Positions 36,265-44,932 of a DNA stretch of 64,000 bases are shown here, piece by piece. The stretch is taken from assembly GCA_035279135.1 (NCBI GenBank), contig DATEII010000125.1:740-64739 (forward strand). The letters are read 5' to 3'. The DNA comes from Steroidobacteraceae bacterium. GTDB taxonomy: Bacteria; Pseudomonadota; Gammaproteobacteria; Steroidobacterales; Steroidobacteraceae. Position numbers and translations under genes: made by a program. The notes under the pieces are model-generated. The model saw only the letters and a list, made by a program, of their open reading frames with translations. It made no database searches and had not been told where the DNA came from. Numbering within the stretch: the stretch's first letter is position 1; every line of letters begins with the position of its first letter.

Positions 36265-36645
36265 TCAGTGCGCGGGGTGCTCGGACGTGCGCGTGCCCTC
36301 GCGCGCGGGGCCCGCGCCGGACATGCGCCGGCACTCCTCCGCGCAGCGACGGCAGGCTTCCGCGCATCGCCGGCAATGCTCCATGTGCTGATGCCGCTCG
36401 CATTCCTGCGCGCACTCGTCGCACACCTCGGCGCACAGCCGGCAGAATTCCGCGGCGCTTTCATTGCCGCGCGCCATGAGAATGGTCGCGGTCCGGCAGA
36501 GCTCGGCGCAATCCAGGTCGAGCGAGATGCAGCGCACCAGCATCTTGACGTCCTGCTCGCCGAGGCAGGCACTGGCGCAGTGTTCGCATTCGAGCGCGCA
36601 GTCGTTGCAGGCTTCGATGCAGCTGCGCATGCTTTCCGGGTCCAT
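36265..36645 (-). CDS. Cysteine-rich four-helix-bundle metal (copper)-binding protein, DUF326 family
   Basis: ATG 36645 follows GGAGAA. The 126-aa protein has repeated C-x2/3-C-x3-C motifs (CIEACNDCALECEHCASAC..., CRLCAEVCDECAQEC, CRRCAEACRRCAEEC). Confidence 0.75.
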   Translation of the reverse strand: MDPESMRSCIEACNDCALECEHCASACLGEQDVKMLVRCISLDLDCAELCRTATILMARGNESAAEFCRLCAEVCDECAQECERHQHMEHCRRCAEACRRCAEECRRMSGAGPAREGTRTSEHPAH

Positions 36646-36843
36646 GGTGGTTCTCCTGTGAGCAAGGGCGGGGACGGACCCTTGGCAAATTGCCGCAGCC
36701 GGGCAATGGCAGGAATCGGCAAGCGGGTTCAACAGGTCTCGGGCAAGTCCCACGCGATGGCGCGGGCTGCCGTCCGTGACCCATCCGTAATCAGGGTCTT
36801 GCTAGCCTCGCGCTGATTCGACCCCGACAGCGAGGTCCCGCCG

Positions 36844-38934
36844 ATGCTGCTCCGCCAAGTCACGCAGAAGGACTGGAAGGCCTACGAACCCGCCGCCGCC
36901 CCGCCCGAGGTCGACCTCGCGGCCAAGGCGACCGATGCCGCGAAGTCCGAAACCAAGCTCGCGCGTCGCGAATCCTTCCTCACGGCCGACGGCCAGACGG
37001 CCACCGCGCTCGAACGCGAAGCCTTGTTAGGCACCAACGACCTGGTCGAGTGGAACTTCCTCGATCGCTGCATGTGCGTGTCCCGGCCGGTGGGCCGCAT
37101 CGTCGTGCCGCGGCCGAATGGGACTTTGCGCGCCACGGGATTCCTGATCGCGCCGGGCGTGCTGCTGACCAATCACCATGTGCTGAACGACGCCGGCTGG
37201 GCGGCGATGGCCACCATCGAGTTCGGCTACCGATACAACATCGCAGGCGAGATCGGCCAGGTGGAGATCTTCGATCTGGCGCCGGTCTCTTTCTTCGTCG
37301 CCGACGAGGCGCTGGATTTCGCGGCGGTGGCGGTGGCGCCGCGCTCGCGCACCGGTGCGCGCATCGAGGACTTCTCCTTCCTGCGGCTGCACGCCGAAAC
37401 CGGCAAGCTCACCCAAGGTGATTTCGTCACCATCCTGCAGCACCCGGATGGCGAGCCCATGCAGATCGCGCTGCGCGAGAACAAGGTGACCGAGGTGGAT
37501 CCGGACAAGCCGGTGATCTGGTACCACGCCGACACGGCGCACGGCTCCTCGGGTGCGCCGGTGCTCAATGACAGTTTCCAGCTGGTCGCGCTGCATTCAT
37601 CGGGTCGCATCCGGCGCGATGCCAACGGCAACTTCGCGCTGCGCAGCGGCAAGTTCGTCGCTTCGGTCGACGGCCTCAAGGATTCGGACGTGGTCTGGGA
37701 AGACAATGTCGGTGTGCGTGTCAGCCGACTGGCGCCCGCGATCCGCGCGCGCGCCGCCGCGAACTTCCCGCCTTACGCGGCCCTGCTCGACCAGGCGATG
37801 ACCGGCGGTGACGTGCTTGCCGACGCCATCGAGGCCGCGCGCACACAGGCGCGCACCCCGCCCACACTCGATACGCCGCGCGAGCGGGAGGCACGCACGG
37901 GCACACCGGGCGCACGTCTAACTACGCCCCGGGACGTGATCGTCCCCCTGCAGCTGCGCGTGTCGCTCGAATCGCCGGGCGCCGGCGCGGGCGCGGGCGC
38001 GAACACGATGCGCTCGTCGCTCGGCGACATGCTCGAAGCCTTCAAGATGCAGATCCCGGTCATCTACGACGACCTGCCGCATCGCAAGGGTTATGACCCC
38101 CACTTCCTGCAGCTCGGCGGCAACCGCAGGATCGCGCTGCCCCGGCTCACGCCCGCGGGCAAACAAGTCGCCGCGAAGCTGATCGGCAAGAGCAGCTACG
38201 AGCTCAAGTACCACAAGTTCTCGGTGTTCATGCACAAGGACCGGCGGCTCGCGCTCTTCACGGCCGCGAACGTGGATTGGAGCGAAGACGCGAAGGAGAT
38301 CGACGGCGAGAAGCCGACGCGCAAGGAGCTCACCGGCATCACCGACGACCACACCATCGAGCAGTGGGTACTCGACGAGCGCATCGCGGCCGAGCACCAG
38401 TTGCCGGACCGCTTCTACAACGACGACGGCAAGGCCTTCGACAAGGGCCACCTGGTCCGCCGCGAAGACGTCTGCTGGGGCAGGACCTTCGAGGACATCC
38501 AGAAGGCCAATGGCGACACCTACCACGTGACCAACTGCACGCCGCAGACGGAGCCGTTCAACCGCTCGGGCAGTGGCGACGAGAACTGGGGCGACTTCGA
38601 GAACGAAGTCGGCAAGCAATCGAAGAAGGAGCGGCTGATCCTGTTTTCCGGCCCCGTGCTCGATCCCAAGGACCGCTGGTTCCGGGGGTTGGATGACAAC
38701 GGCGGCATCCGCATCCAGGTGCCGCGCCGGTTCTGGAAAGTCGTCGTGGCGAAGGGGATGAACGGGCCGGAAGCCTTCGGCTTCGTGCTCGAGCAGGACG
38801 TCATCGCCATCACCGAGAAGGAATTCGTGGTGTCCCCGACCTGGAAGGCCCACAAGAAGAAGATCAGCACCATTGCCGGGTACTTGCGGGGCTGGGTGGA
38901 CTTCTCGGCGCTCGAAGCCATCGAAAAGCAGTAG
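36844..38934 (+). CDS. Fusion protein: trypsin-like (S1/Trypsin_2-type) serine peptidase domain plus DNA/RNA non-specific endonuclease (NucA/EndoG, beta-beta-alpha-Me) domain; no signal peptide
   Basis: The N-terminal half has VLLTNHHVLND (His), EALDFAAVAV (Asp) and HGSSGAPVLNDSFQLVALHSSG (Ser). The linker is PGAGAGAGAN. The C-terminal half has LKYHKFSVFMHKDRRLALFTAANVD, FDKGHLVRRED (DRGH-like), VTNCTPQ and NWGDFENEV. Confidence 0.85.
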   Translation: MLLRQVTQKDWKAYEPAAAPPEVDLAAKATDAAKSETKLARRESFLTADGQTATALEREALLGTNDLVEWNFLDRCMCVSRPVGRIVVPRPNGTLRATGFLIAPGVLLTNHHVLNDAGWAAMATIEFGYRYNIAGEIGQVEIFDLAPVSFFVADEALDFAAVAVAPRSRTGARIEDFSFLRLHAETGKLTQGDFVTILQHPDGEPMQIALRENKVTEVDPDKPVIWYHADTAHGSSGAPVLNDSFQLVALHSSGRIRRDANGNFALRSGKFVASVDGLKDSDVVWEDNVGVRVSRLAPAIRARAAANFPPYAALLDQAMTGGDVLADAIEAARTQARTPPTLDTPREREARTGTPGARLTTPRDVIVPLQLRVSLESPGAGAGAGANTMRSSLGDMLEAFKMQIPVIYDDLPHRKGYDPHFLQLGGNRRIALPRLTPAGKQVAAKLIGKSSYELKYHKFSVFMHKDRRLALFTAANVDWSEDAKEIDGEKPTRKELTGITDDHTIEQWVLDERIAAEHQLPDRFYNDDGKAFDKGHLVRREDVCWGRTFEDIQKANGDTYHVTNCTPQTEPFNRSGSGDENWGDFENEVGKQSKKERLILFSGPVLDPKDRWFRGLDDNGGIRIQVPRRFWKVVVAKGMNGPEAFGFVLEQDVIAITEKEFVVSPTWKAHKKKISTIAGYLRGWVDFSALEAIEKQ

Positions 38935-38980
38935 ATTCCGGGCCTTGCTAACCTTTTGACGGCCGCGCCGTCTTAGTTCC

Positions 38981-39514
38981 GTGCTCACCCTCCTCAAATC
39001 ATGGGTCCGGCCGGATGCCTTCCACGCCGTGCTCAACGAACGCAGCGTGCGCTGGTACAACGCCTGCCTTCGTATCACGCGCGACGCGGACCTGGCGGCG
39101 GACGCGGTCCAGGAGGCGCTGCTCAAGGCCTGGAATCATCGCGACGAGTTCCGTGGCGAAGCAGCGCTCGATTCCTGGATCCACCGCATCGCGCTCAACG
39201 CGGCCATCGACCTGACGCGCAAGCGCAGGCGCCGCGCCGAGGATGAGCTCGATCCGGAAACCGTCGAGGCGGGTCCGACTTCCTCCGCGGAAAGCCAATA
39301 TGTCGAACACGCGTTCGGCAAGGACCTGGCCACCGCGATGCAGCGCCTCTCCACCAAGGAGCGGCAGATCTTCCTGCTCAAACACGTCGAAGGCTGGCGC
39401 CTCGAAGAGGTGGCCGAAAGCCTGCAGATGCCCATCGGCAGCGTGAAAAACAGCCTGTTCCGCGCGGTCCGCAAGCTGCGCGTCGACCTTCAGGTCTGGC
39501 GAGGCGAATCATGA
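38981..39514 (+). CDS. ECF-type RNA polymerase sigma-70 family factor
   Basis: 177 aa with a GTG start. Region 2 is DADLAADAVQEALLKAWNHRDEFRGEAALDSWIHRIALNAAIDLTRKRRR. Region 4 is ERQIFLLKHVEGWRLEEVAESLQMPIGSVKNSLFRAVRKL. Confidence 0.9.
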   Translation: MLTLLKSWVRPDAFHAVLNERSVRWYNACLRITRDADLAADAVQEALLKAWNHRDEFRGEAALDSWIHRIALNAAIDLTRKRRRRAEDELDPETVEAGPTSSAESQYVEHAFGKDLATAMQRLSTKERQIFLLKHVEGWRLEEVAESLQMPIGSVKNSLFRAVRKLRVDLQVWRGES

Positions 39515-40221
39515 TCAACGACGACGAACTGCTGCTCTATCACTACCGCGAGCTCGACGCGGCCGACCGCGCGCGCGTCGGCGCGGCACTCAGCGCGCAA
39601 CCCGAGCTGGCGCAGCGGCTGCATGCGCTCGTCGCACGACTCGACGCGGCCGCCGCGATCCCCGAGGTCCCGGTGCCCGCGCAGGCAACGGAACGCTGGC
39701 GCTCGGCGCTCGATCGCGCCGCCTCGCAAACGCGCGCGAGCCAGCCGCCGCGCCGGTTTTCCATGCCGGTGATGTGGCAGGCGGCCGCGGCGGCCGTCAC
39801 GGTGTTCGCGCTGATCTTCAGCGTCCAGCGACTCCTGCGGCCCACCACGCCGGTCGCCGCCAACGAAACCATGACCCACGTCGAACCTGCGCAAGGCGAC
39901 ACGTCCGCGTACGAACATGGCCTGAAGTTCCATCTCGCGACTACCGAGCGGCGGCTGGCGGCGCTGGGTGAGGCGACACCGGAAGAACGGGCGCGCCTGA
40001 TCGACACCATCATCGGGCAGAACCAGATGTACGCACTGGCCGCGGAGCGTGCTGGTGAGCCGCAGCTGGCACGAGTGCTGCGCGCCTTCAATCCAATTCT
40101 CGAGGACCTGGCCAACGGTCGCAGCGAGACCACGGCGGCCGACATCTCGCAGCTCAGCTTCGAACTCCGGGTCATGCAGGCGCGGCTGGGTACCGGCGCG
40201 CGGCCCAACAACATTCTGTGA
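39511..40221 (+). CDS. Putative anti-sigma factor (single-pass membrane protein)
   Basis: ATGA overlap with the sigma gene. The N-terminal segment DELLLYHYRELDAADRARV is anti-sigma-like, there is one TM helix (VMWQAAAAAVTVFALIFSV), and a helical periplasmic part follows. Confidence 0.65.
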   Translation: MINDDELLLYHYRELDAADRARVGAALSAQPELAQRLHALVARLDAAAAIPEVPVPAQATERWRSALDRAASQTRASQPPRRFSMPVMWQAAAAAVTVFALIFSVQRLLRPTTPVAANETMTHVEPAQGDTSAYEHGLKFHLATTERRLAALGEATPEERARLIDTIIGQNQMYALAAERAGEPQLARVLRAFNPILEDLANGRSETTAADISQLSFELRVMQARLGTGARPNNIL

Positions 40222-40231
40222 CGAGGACACC

Positions 40232-41203
40232 ATGAACCACACGTTGACCCTGCTGATCGCCGCGCTGGCGCTCCATGGCACGGCGATCGCGCAATCTCCG
40301 CCGGCGGCCGTCAAGCCGCCTGCCGCACCCGCAAAAGCACCGGCGGCACCGCAGCCCGTGCGCGACGACGATCGTGAACCCACCGGCGACGAAGAGCTCG
40401 CGCTCGCGGCGCTCGAGGGCCTCATGGCGCAGCCCGGCGACCGGGCACTGCCCATCATCAAGAAGGTGCTGGCGGGCCCGCAGAGCACGCTGGTCAAGAA
40501 GCGCGCGTTGTTCGTGCTCAGCCAGATCAACTCGGCGGAAGCGCGGCAGTTGCTCGGCCAGGCGAGCCGTTCCACGGATCCGGCCTTGCGCGGCGAAGCC
40601 ATCCGCAGCATCGGAATCGGCGGCGATCCGCAACTGCTCGATTCCCTGCAGTCGATCTACAGCGCGGGCAGCGACGACGTGAAGGACGAGGTGCTGCAGG
40701 CGTGGCTCATCGCCGGGCGCAAGGAAGCGGTGTACAAGGCCGCACTCGACGCCAGGTCCGAAGACGAGGCGAGCCGTGCGATCCGCATCCTCGGCGCCAT
40801 GGGCGCGACCGAAGAGCTGCGCAAGCTCGGCGATCGGCCGAACGCGGCCAGCGGTCTCGTGGATGCGTATGCCATCAGCGGCGATCTCGCCAGCCTGCGC
40901 AAGATCGCGGATGGCAATGCCAACCACGACGTGCGCGTCGACGCGGTGCGCAAGATCGGCATCGTGGGCAGCGATGAGGCCCGCGCCGCGCTGCGTGACA
41001 TCTACACGCGCAACACCGACACGGACCTCAGGGACGCGGCGCTGCAGGGCATGCTGATCGCGCGCGACGAGCAGGGCGTGCTGGCGCTGTACCGCGCCGC
41101 CAGGACCAGCGAGGAGAAGCGCACGCTGCTGCGGACGCTCTCGCTGATCGATGGCGACGCGGCGCTCGAAGCCATCGACGCCGCGCTCGAGGGCAAGAAA
41201 TGA
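40232..41203 (+). CDS. Periplasmic HEAT-repeat protein
   Basis: ATG 40232 gives the signal peptide MNHTLTLLIAALALHGTAIAQ. A Pro/Ala-rich linker is followed by repeated HEAT/PBS-lyase-like units (..R..A..aLg.ig...a...L). Confidence 0.7.
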   Translation: MNHTLTLLIAALALHGTAIAQSPPAAVKPPAAPAKAPAAPQPVRDDDREPTGDEELALAALEGLMAQPGDRALPIIKKVLAGPQSTLVKKRALFVLSQINSAEARQLLGQASRSTDPALRGEAIRSIGIGGDPQLLDSLQSIYSAGSDDVKDEVLQAWLIAGRKEAVYKAALDARSEDEASRAIRILGAMGATEELRKLGDRPNAASGLVDAYAISGDLASLRKIADGNANHDVRVDAVRKIGIVGSDEARAALRDIYTRNTDTDLRDAALQGMLIARDEQGVLALYRAARTSEEKRTLLRTLSLIDGDAALEAIDAALEGKK

Positions 41204-42213
41204 GCACTAACTACCGGAAGATGGGACTGCTCGCATTGGCCATCGGCGGCATGACGCTCGTGGAGCTGGCGCCGGCACGCGGCGCCGAGCCGGAGCTGCC
41301 GCGCGACGGCTGGGTGAGCTGGCAGGTGCCCGCCGTCGACGACGCGCCCGCCTGGTGCTGCTTCAGCAGCTGGAACGATCGGGATTCCTCGCGCATGGTC
41401 TGCCGGCTCGATGGCGGCCCCGACGGATTTGGTATCCATGGCGGCGACAAGACCACGGATGCCGTGAAGGTGTATGCACGGACCACCGGCGGCAAGATCG
41501 ACCGTGTGCAGGCGCTCGCGGCCTCGTGCCCGGTCGAAACCAGGACACCGGTGCAGCCGCTGGACGATGTGTCCGCGCAGGAAAGCACGCAGTGGCTCGC
41601 GCGCCAGGTGAAGCAGGCCTCGAAGGACGCCGTCAGCGGCAGGCCGATCGGCGAGGGCGCGTTGGCCGCGCTCGCGCTGCATCGAGGTGACGGCGCTCGC
41701 GACGCGCTCTCGGGCTTCGCGCACGATCCGGATACCGAAACCCGAAAGGGGTCGGTGTTCTGGTCGGCGGTGTTGCGCGGCGCCGAGGGCGCCCGCATCA
41801 CCAGCTCCGTGATGTTCGGCGACGCCGATCCCGAAGTCCGCGAGCACGCCGCGTTCGCTCTCACGCAGTCGAAGTCGCCACGCGTGACCCAGGATCTCAT
41901 CCGGCTCGGCAATTCCGACGCGTCCGGCAATGTTCGCGCCAAGGCCTGGTTCTGGCTCGCGCAGACCGGCGCGAGCGAATCCGAAGCGGCGATTGGCGCC
42001 GCTGTACGCAAGGATCGAGATGACGAGGTTCGCGAGCAGGCGATCTTTGCGTTGTCCCGATTGCCCAACGAACGCGGCACGAAGGCACTGATCTCCGTCG
42101 CCGAGGACCAGTCACTCGCCCCTGAGCAGCGCAAGCGCGCCGTGTTCTGGCTGGCGCAGTCACAGACCGACTCCGCCCAGGCCTATCTCGAGAAAGTGCT
42201 GGCGCGGCGCTAG
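41200..42213 (+). CDS. Periplasmic protein with an N-terminal Cys-containing domain and C-terminal HEAT repeats
   Basis: ATGA overlap with the preceding gene. A signal-like segment LLALAIGGMTLVELAPARGA is followed by PAWCCFSSW...MVCRLDG...ASCPVE. HEAT-like repeats follow (EVREHAAFALTQS, NVRAKAWFWLAQT, EVREQAIFALSRL, QRKRAVFWLAQS). Confidence 0.65.
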   Translation: MSTNYRKMGLLALAIGGMTLVELAPARGAEPELPRDGWVSWQVPAVDDAPAWCCFSSWNDRDSSRMVCRLDGGPDGFGIHGGDKTTDAVKVYARTTGGKIDRVQALAASCPVETRTPVQPLDDVSAQESTQWLARQVKQASKDAVSGRPIGEGALAALALHRGDGARDALSGFAHDPDTETRKGSVFWSAVLRGAEGARITSSVMFGDADPEVREHAAFALTQSKSPRVTQDLIRLGNSDASGNVRAKAWFWLAQTGASESEAAIGAAVRKDRDDEVREQAIFALSRLPNERGTKALISVAEDQSLAPEQRKRAVFWLAQSQTDSAQAYLEKVLARR

Positions 42214-42307
42214 GACCCCGGGGCGAGTTTGCGCGAGGGTATAGGCTGAAGTCCGACAACTCCCGGTTACCGTTTCCTACGTCCAGCCCGGCACCGCATG
42301 GGGTCAG

Positions 42308-44581
42308 ATGGCGGCCCCGAAGAAGACTCCGGCCGCCCATCGCATGACCCCGTCCGTTCCGGCCTCCTGCTCGCTACTGCTTTGCACCCTCGTTGGTTTT
42401 CTGCCGCAGAACAGCGAAGCGGGCAACGACGGCTTGTCCGGGGCGGTGTTTCCGGAACTCGACTCGCAGGGCCTTGCGGTATCGCTGGGCGATGAGCAGT
42501 TCGCCTCCATCAATGCAGTTGATGTGGACGACCTCGTCAGGTTTGCACCCAACCTGTCTACCTCCAAGAGATTCGGAGGCGATGACAACGGGGTGGTTTC
42601 CCTGCGGGGTGCCAATGGCACCCAGAGCGCGCGCCTGCTCGTCATGGTGGACGGTTTCGTCGTATCGAATCTCCTGGGCAACTCTGAACGTTTTTCCCCG
42701 AAATGGGACATCGTCGGGCCGTCGGAAGTGGAACGCATCGACATCCTGTACGGTCCCTATTCGGCGCGGTACGGCGGCAATTCCATGGGCGGTGTCATCT
42801 CCGTAACGACGGGGGTACCTGCGGAGAGCGGCGGCTACGTGAAGCTGCAATCGCTTGCCATGCCGTTCTCGCAATATGGAGTCGACGAAACTTTCGTCGG
42901 GTACGGCGTCGAGGCCGGTGGAACGTGGAAACGCCCTTCGAGCCCGTGGACGATCCACGTCAGTGGTCGGCACCTCGAGAACACGGGTCAACCGACCACC
43001 TACTACCCGCTGGCGCCATCAATCGGCCCGTCGGTTCCCGTCGAAGGCGGATTCGATGATCCGCGTATTGCCACACCCGTATATGGAGCCATCTCGCCCA
43101 CGGAAATCGTTCAGGACCAGTTCCGAATGCGCGCCCGCTATGAATTCCGCAGCGGCTGGGACATCGAGGGGGTGTTCTTTGGATGGCTCACCGATCGCGA
43201 ACAAACCGACCCGCGCACTTTCCTGGCTGACCAGGCTGGCGAGCCCGTCTACGAAGGACGCGTGAATCTGGACGGCAACGTCTATCTCGCGAGCGCGCTG
43301 AAGCTCGCGGTCGCCTCGCGCAGCGAGTTCCTCGCCGGTATGAAGACCAGCGGGAAGTTAGGTGATTGGGACGTTCGGGCCAGCCTGTCCCGATACTGGA
43401 TCGATAGCGATGACACACGAATCTCGCTCAACCATTCGTTCGGCATCGCCAATCTGTCCGGAACAGAGGTGCTCCAGGACGATCCGGGCTGGTGGAACGT
43501 GGACGCTGGCCTGTCGCGCAACTTCGAGCGCCACCGCTTCGTACTGGGTTTCAACGCGAACCAGTACGAAACACGCGAGGCCGTGTTCGACACGGAGAAC
43601 TGGCGCACGGCGACACCCGCGTATTTCCGTTCGGAAAACTTCGGACGCTCGCTGAGCGCAGGCGTCTACGCCGAAGATGAGTTCACATTGACGCCGAACA
43701 GCTCCGCGACGATCGGCATTCGTGGTGATTGGTGGCGCGCTTACGATGGAGGCATCACGCAGGACACCGGCATCGTGTCGACCGATGTGTATCCCGAGCG
43801 TGAACACCAATCGTTCAGCCCCAAGCTGAGCTACCAGGCCCGGCTGGGTGAGGCCTGGGATGTCCAGTTGAGCCTCGGAGCCGCCACTCGATACCCGACT
43901 GTCGGCGAGCTCTTTCAGGGCCGGTTCAACGTCACCACGCGCTCCATCGACCCTGGCAGTTTCGATCCGGACCTGAAGCCGGAGCGTTCACGGGATGCGA
44001 ATCTGTTGCTGCGTTGGGCGAAGCGCGATCTGACCCTCACGTCGAGTGTCTTCTACCAGGAGATAGACGACTCGATCCTGCTCTTCCCGGCTCTGAACCA
44101 GTTCGGCGTCATCGTCACGAACTACAAGAACATCGACTCCATGAGGCAATACGGCATCGAGCTGATCGCCGAAGCCGAAAATGTGCTCGTCGATGGCCTG
44201 GACTTCGATGCGAATGTCGCGCGAACCGATGCCCGCACCTTGCGAAACTCCTGGGATATCGCCTCCGAGGGGGAGGAATTCCCAGGCGTCCCCGATTGGC
44301 GAGCCGGTGCCACTCTGAGGTACCGCGCCAGCGCGTATGTCAGCGCGTCGCTGGGCTGGCGCTATGCCTCGCGCGAGAACTCCGATCTGTCAGGCGTCTC
44401 GATCGGCGACACCTATGGCTTTCTATCGGGTTATTCGATGATCGACGCTCGGGTCAGCTGGAAGCCGCGCGATTCACTCGAGGTCAACCTCGGTGTCGAC
44501 AACCTGACCGATCAGAAGGCGTATGCCGTGTATCCCCTGGCGCAGCGCACGGCGTTTGCCGAATTCAAAATCGGTTTCTGA
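42308..44581 (+). CDS. TonB-dependent receptor (small, ~750 aa; metal/siderophore-type size class), atypical composition
   Basis: It has a plug domain (VVSLRGANGTQSARLLVMVDGFVVSN, IDILYGPYSARYGGNSMGGVISV) and a C-terminal AFAEFKIGF. An alternative start is ATG 42344. There are many A/T-ending codons compared with neighbouring genes. Confidence 0.85.
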   Translation: MAAPKKTPAAHRMTPSVPASCSLLLCTLVGFLPQNSEAGNDGLSGAVFPELDSQGLAVSLGDEQFASINAVDVDDLVRFAPNLSTSKRFGGDDNGVVSLRGANGTQSARLLVMVDGFVVSNLLGNSERFSPKWDIVGPSEVERIDILYGPYSARYGGNSMGGVISVTTGVPAESGGYVKLQSLAMPFSQYGVDETFVGYGVEAGGTWKRPSSPWTIHVSGRHLENTGQPTTYYPLAPSIGPSVPVEGGFDDPRIATPVYGAISPTEIVQDQFRMRARYEFRSGWDIEGVFFGWLTDREQTDPRTFLADQAGEPVYEGRVNLDGNVYLASALKLAVASRSEFLAGMKTSGKLGDWDVRASLSRYWIDSDDTRISLNHSFGIANLSGTEVLQDDPGWWNVDAGLSRNFERHRFVLGFNANQYETREAVFDTENWRTATPAYFRSENFGRSLSAGVYAEDEFTLTPNSSATIGIRGDWWRAYDGGITQDTGIVSTDVYPEREHQSFSPKLSYQARLGEAWDVQLSLGAATRYPTVGELFQGRFNVTTRSIDPGSFDPDLKPERSRDANLLLRWAKRDLTLTSSVFYQEIDDSILLFPALNQFGVIVTNYKNIDSMRQYGIELIAEAENVLVDGLDFDANVARTDARTLRNSWDIASEGEEFPGVPDWRAGATLRYRASAYVSASLGWRYASRENSDLSGVSIGDTYGFLSGYSMIDARVSWKPRDSLEVNLGVDNLTDQKAYAVYPLAQRTAFAEFKIGF

Positions 44582-44594
44582 CGTCCGGTTCCAG

Positions 44595-44921
44595 CTACTG
44601 CTTCTGTGCAACCTGTTCGCGGATCTCCTGCATGGGACGGTTGGTGCGCGCGATGTCCTTGAGGTCATAGCCGGCTTCCTCGATGACTTTCCGGAGCTCG
44701 GCGTCCGGAATGTCCACGCCATCGCGCGTCGACACCGCTACCAGCTGGTTTTCCAGGCTCACGGTCACATCTGCTGTCGCTGAGAGCTTGCGCAGGCTCT
44801 TCTCGATGCCCTGCGCGCAGAAGCCACACACCATGCCGAACACCTTCATTTCGATCGTGCCGGCGTGCGCCGCCAGGGGCGACACGAACAGCATCAAGAC
44901 GGCAAGAACGTTTTTTTTCAT
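44595..44921 (-). CDS. Periplasmic heavy-metal-associated (HMA, MerP/CopZ-like) protein
   Basis: ATG 44921 gives the signal peptide MKKNVLAVLMLFVSPLAAHA followed by the metal-binding loop GMVCGFCAQ (M-x-C-x-x-C). 108 aa. Confidence 0.8.
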   Translation of the reverse strand: MKKNVLAVLMLFVSPLAAHAGTIEMKVFGMVCGFCAQGIEKSLRKLSATADVTVSLENQLVAVSTRDGVDIPDAELRKVIEEAGYDLKDIARTNRPMQEIREQVAQKQ

Positions 44922-44932
44922 GGCAGACCTCC

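Noticed and set aside
37975-38005. A GC-rich short tandem repeat (GCGGGC/GCCGGC units) inside the protease-nuclease gene.
   Set aside because: It is in frame and encodes the PGAGAGAGAN interdomain linker. It is a low-complexity coding sequence, not a separate repeat element.
42214-42343. A riboswitch (for example cobalamin) or another leader element upstream of the TonB-dependent receptors.
   Set aside because: No B12-box-like or other recognisable conserved riboswitch core was seen in any TBDR leader.
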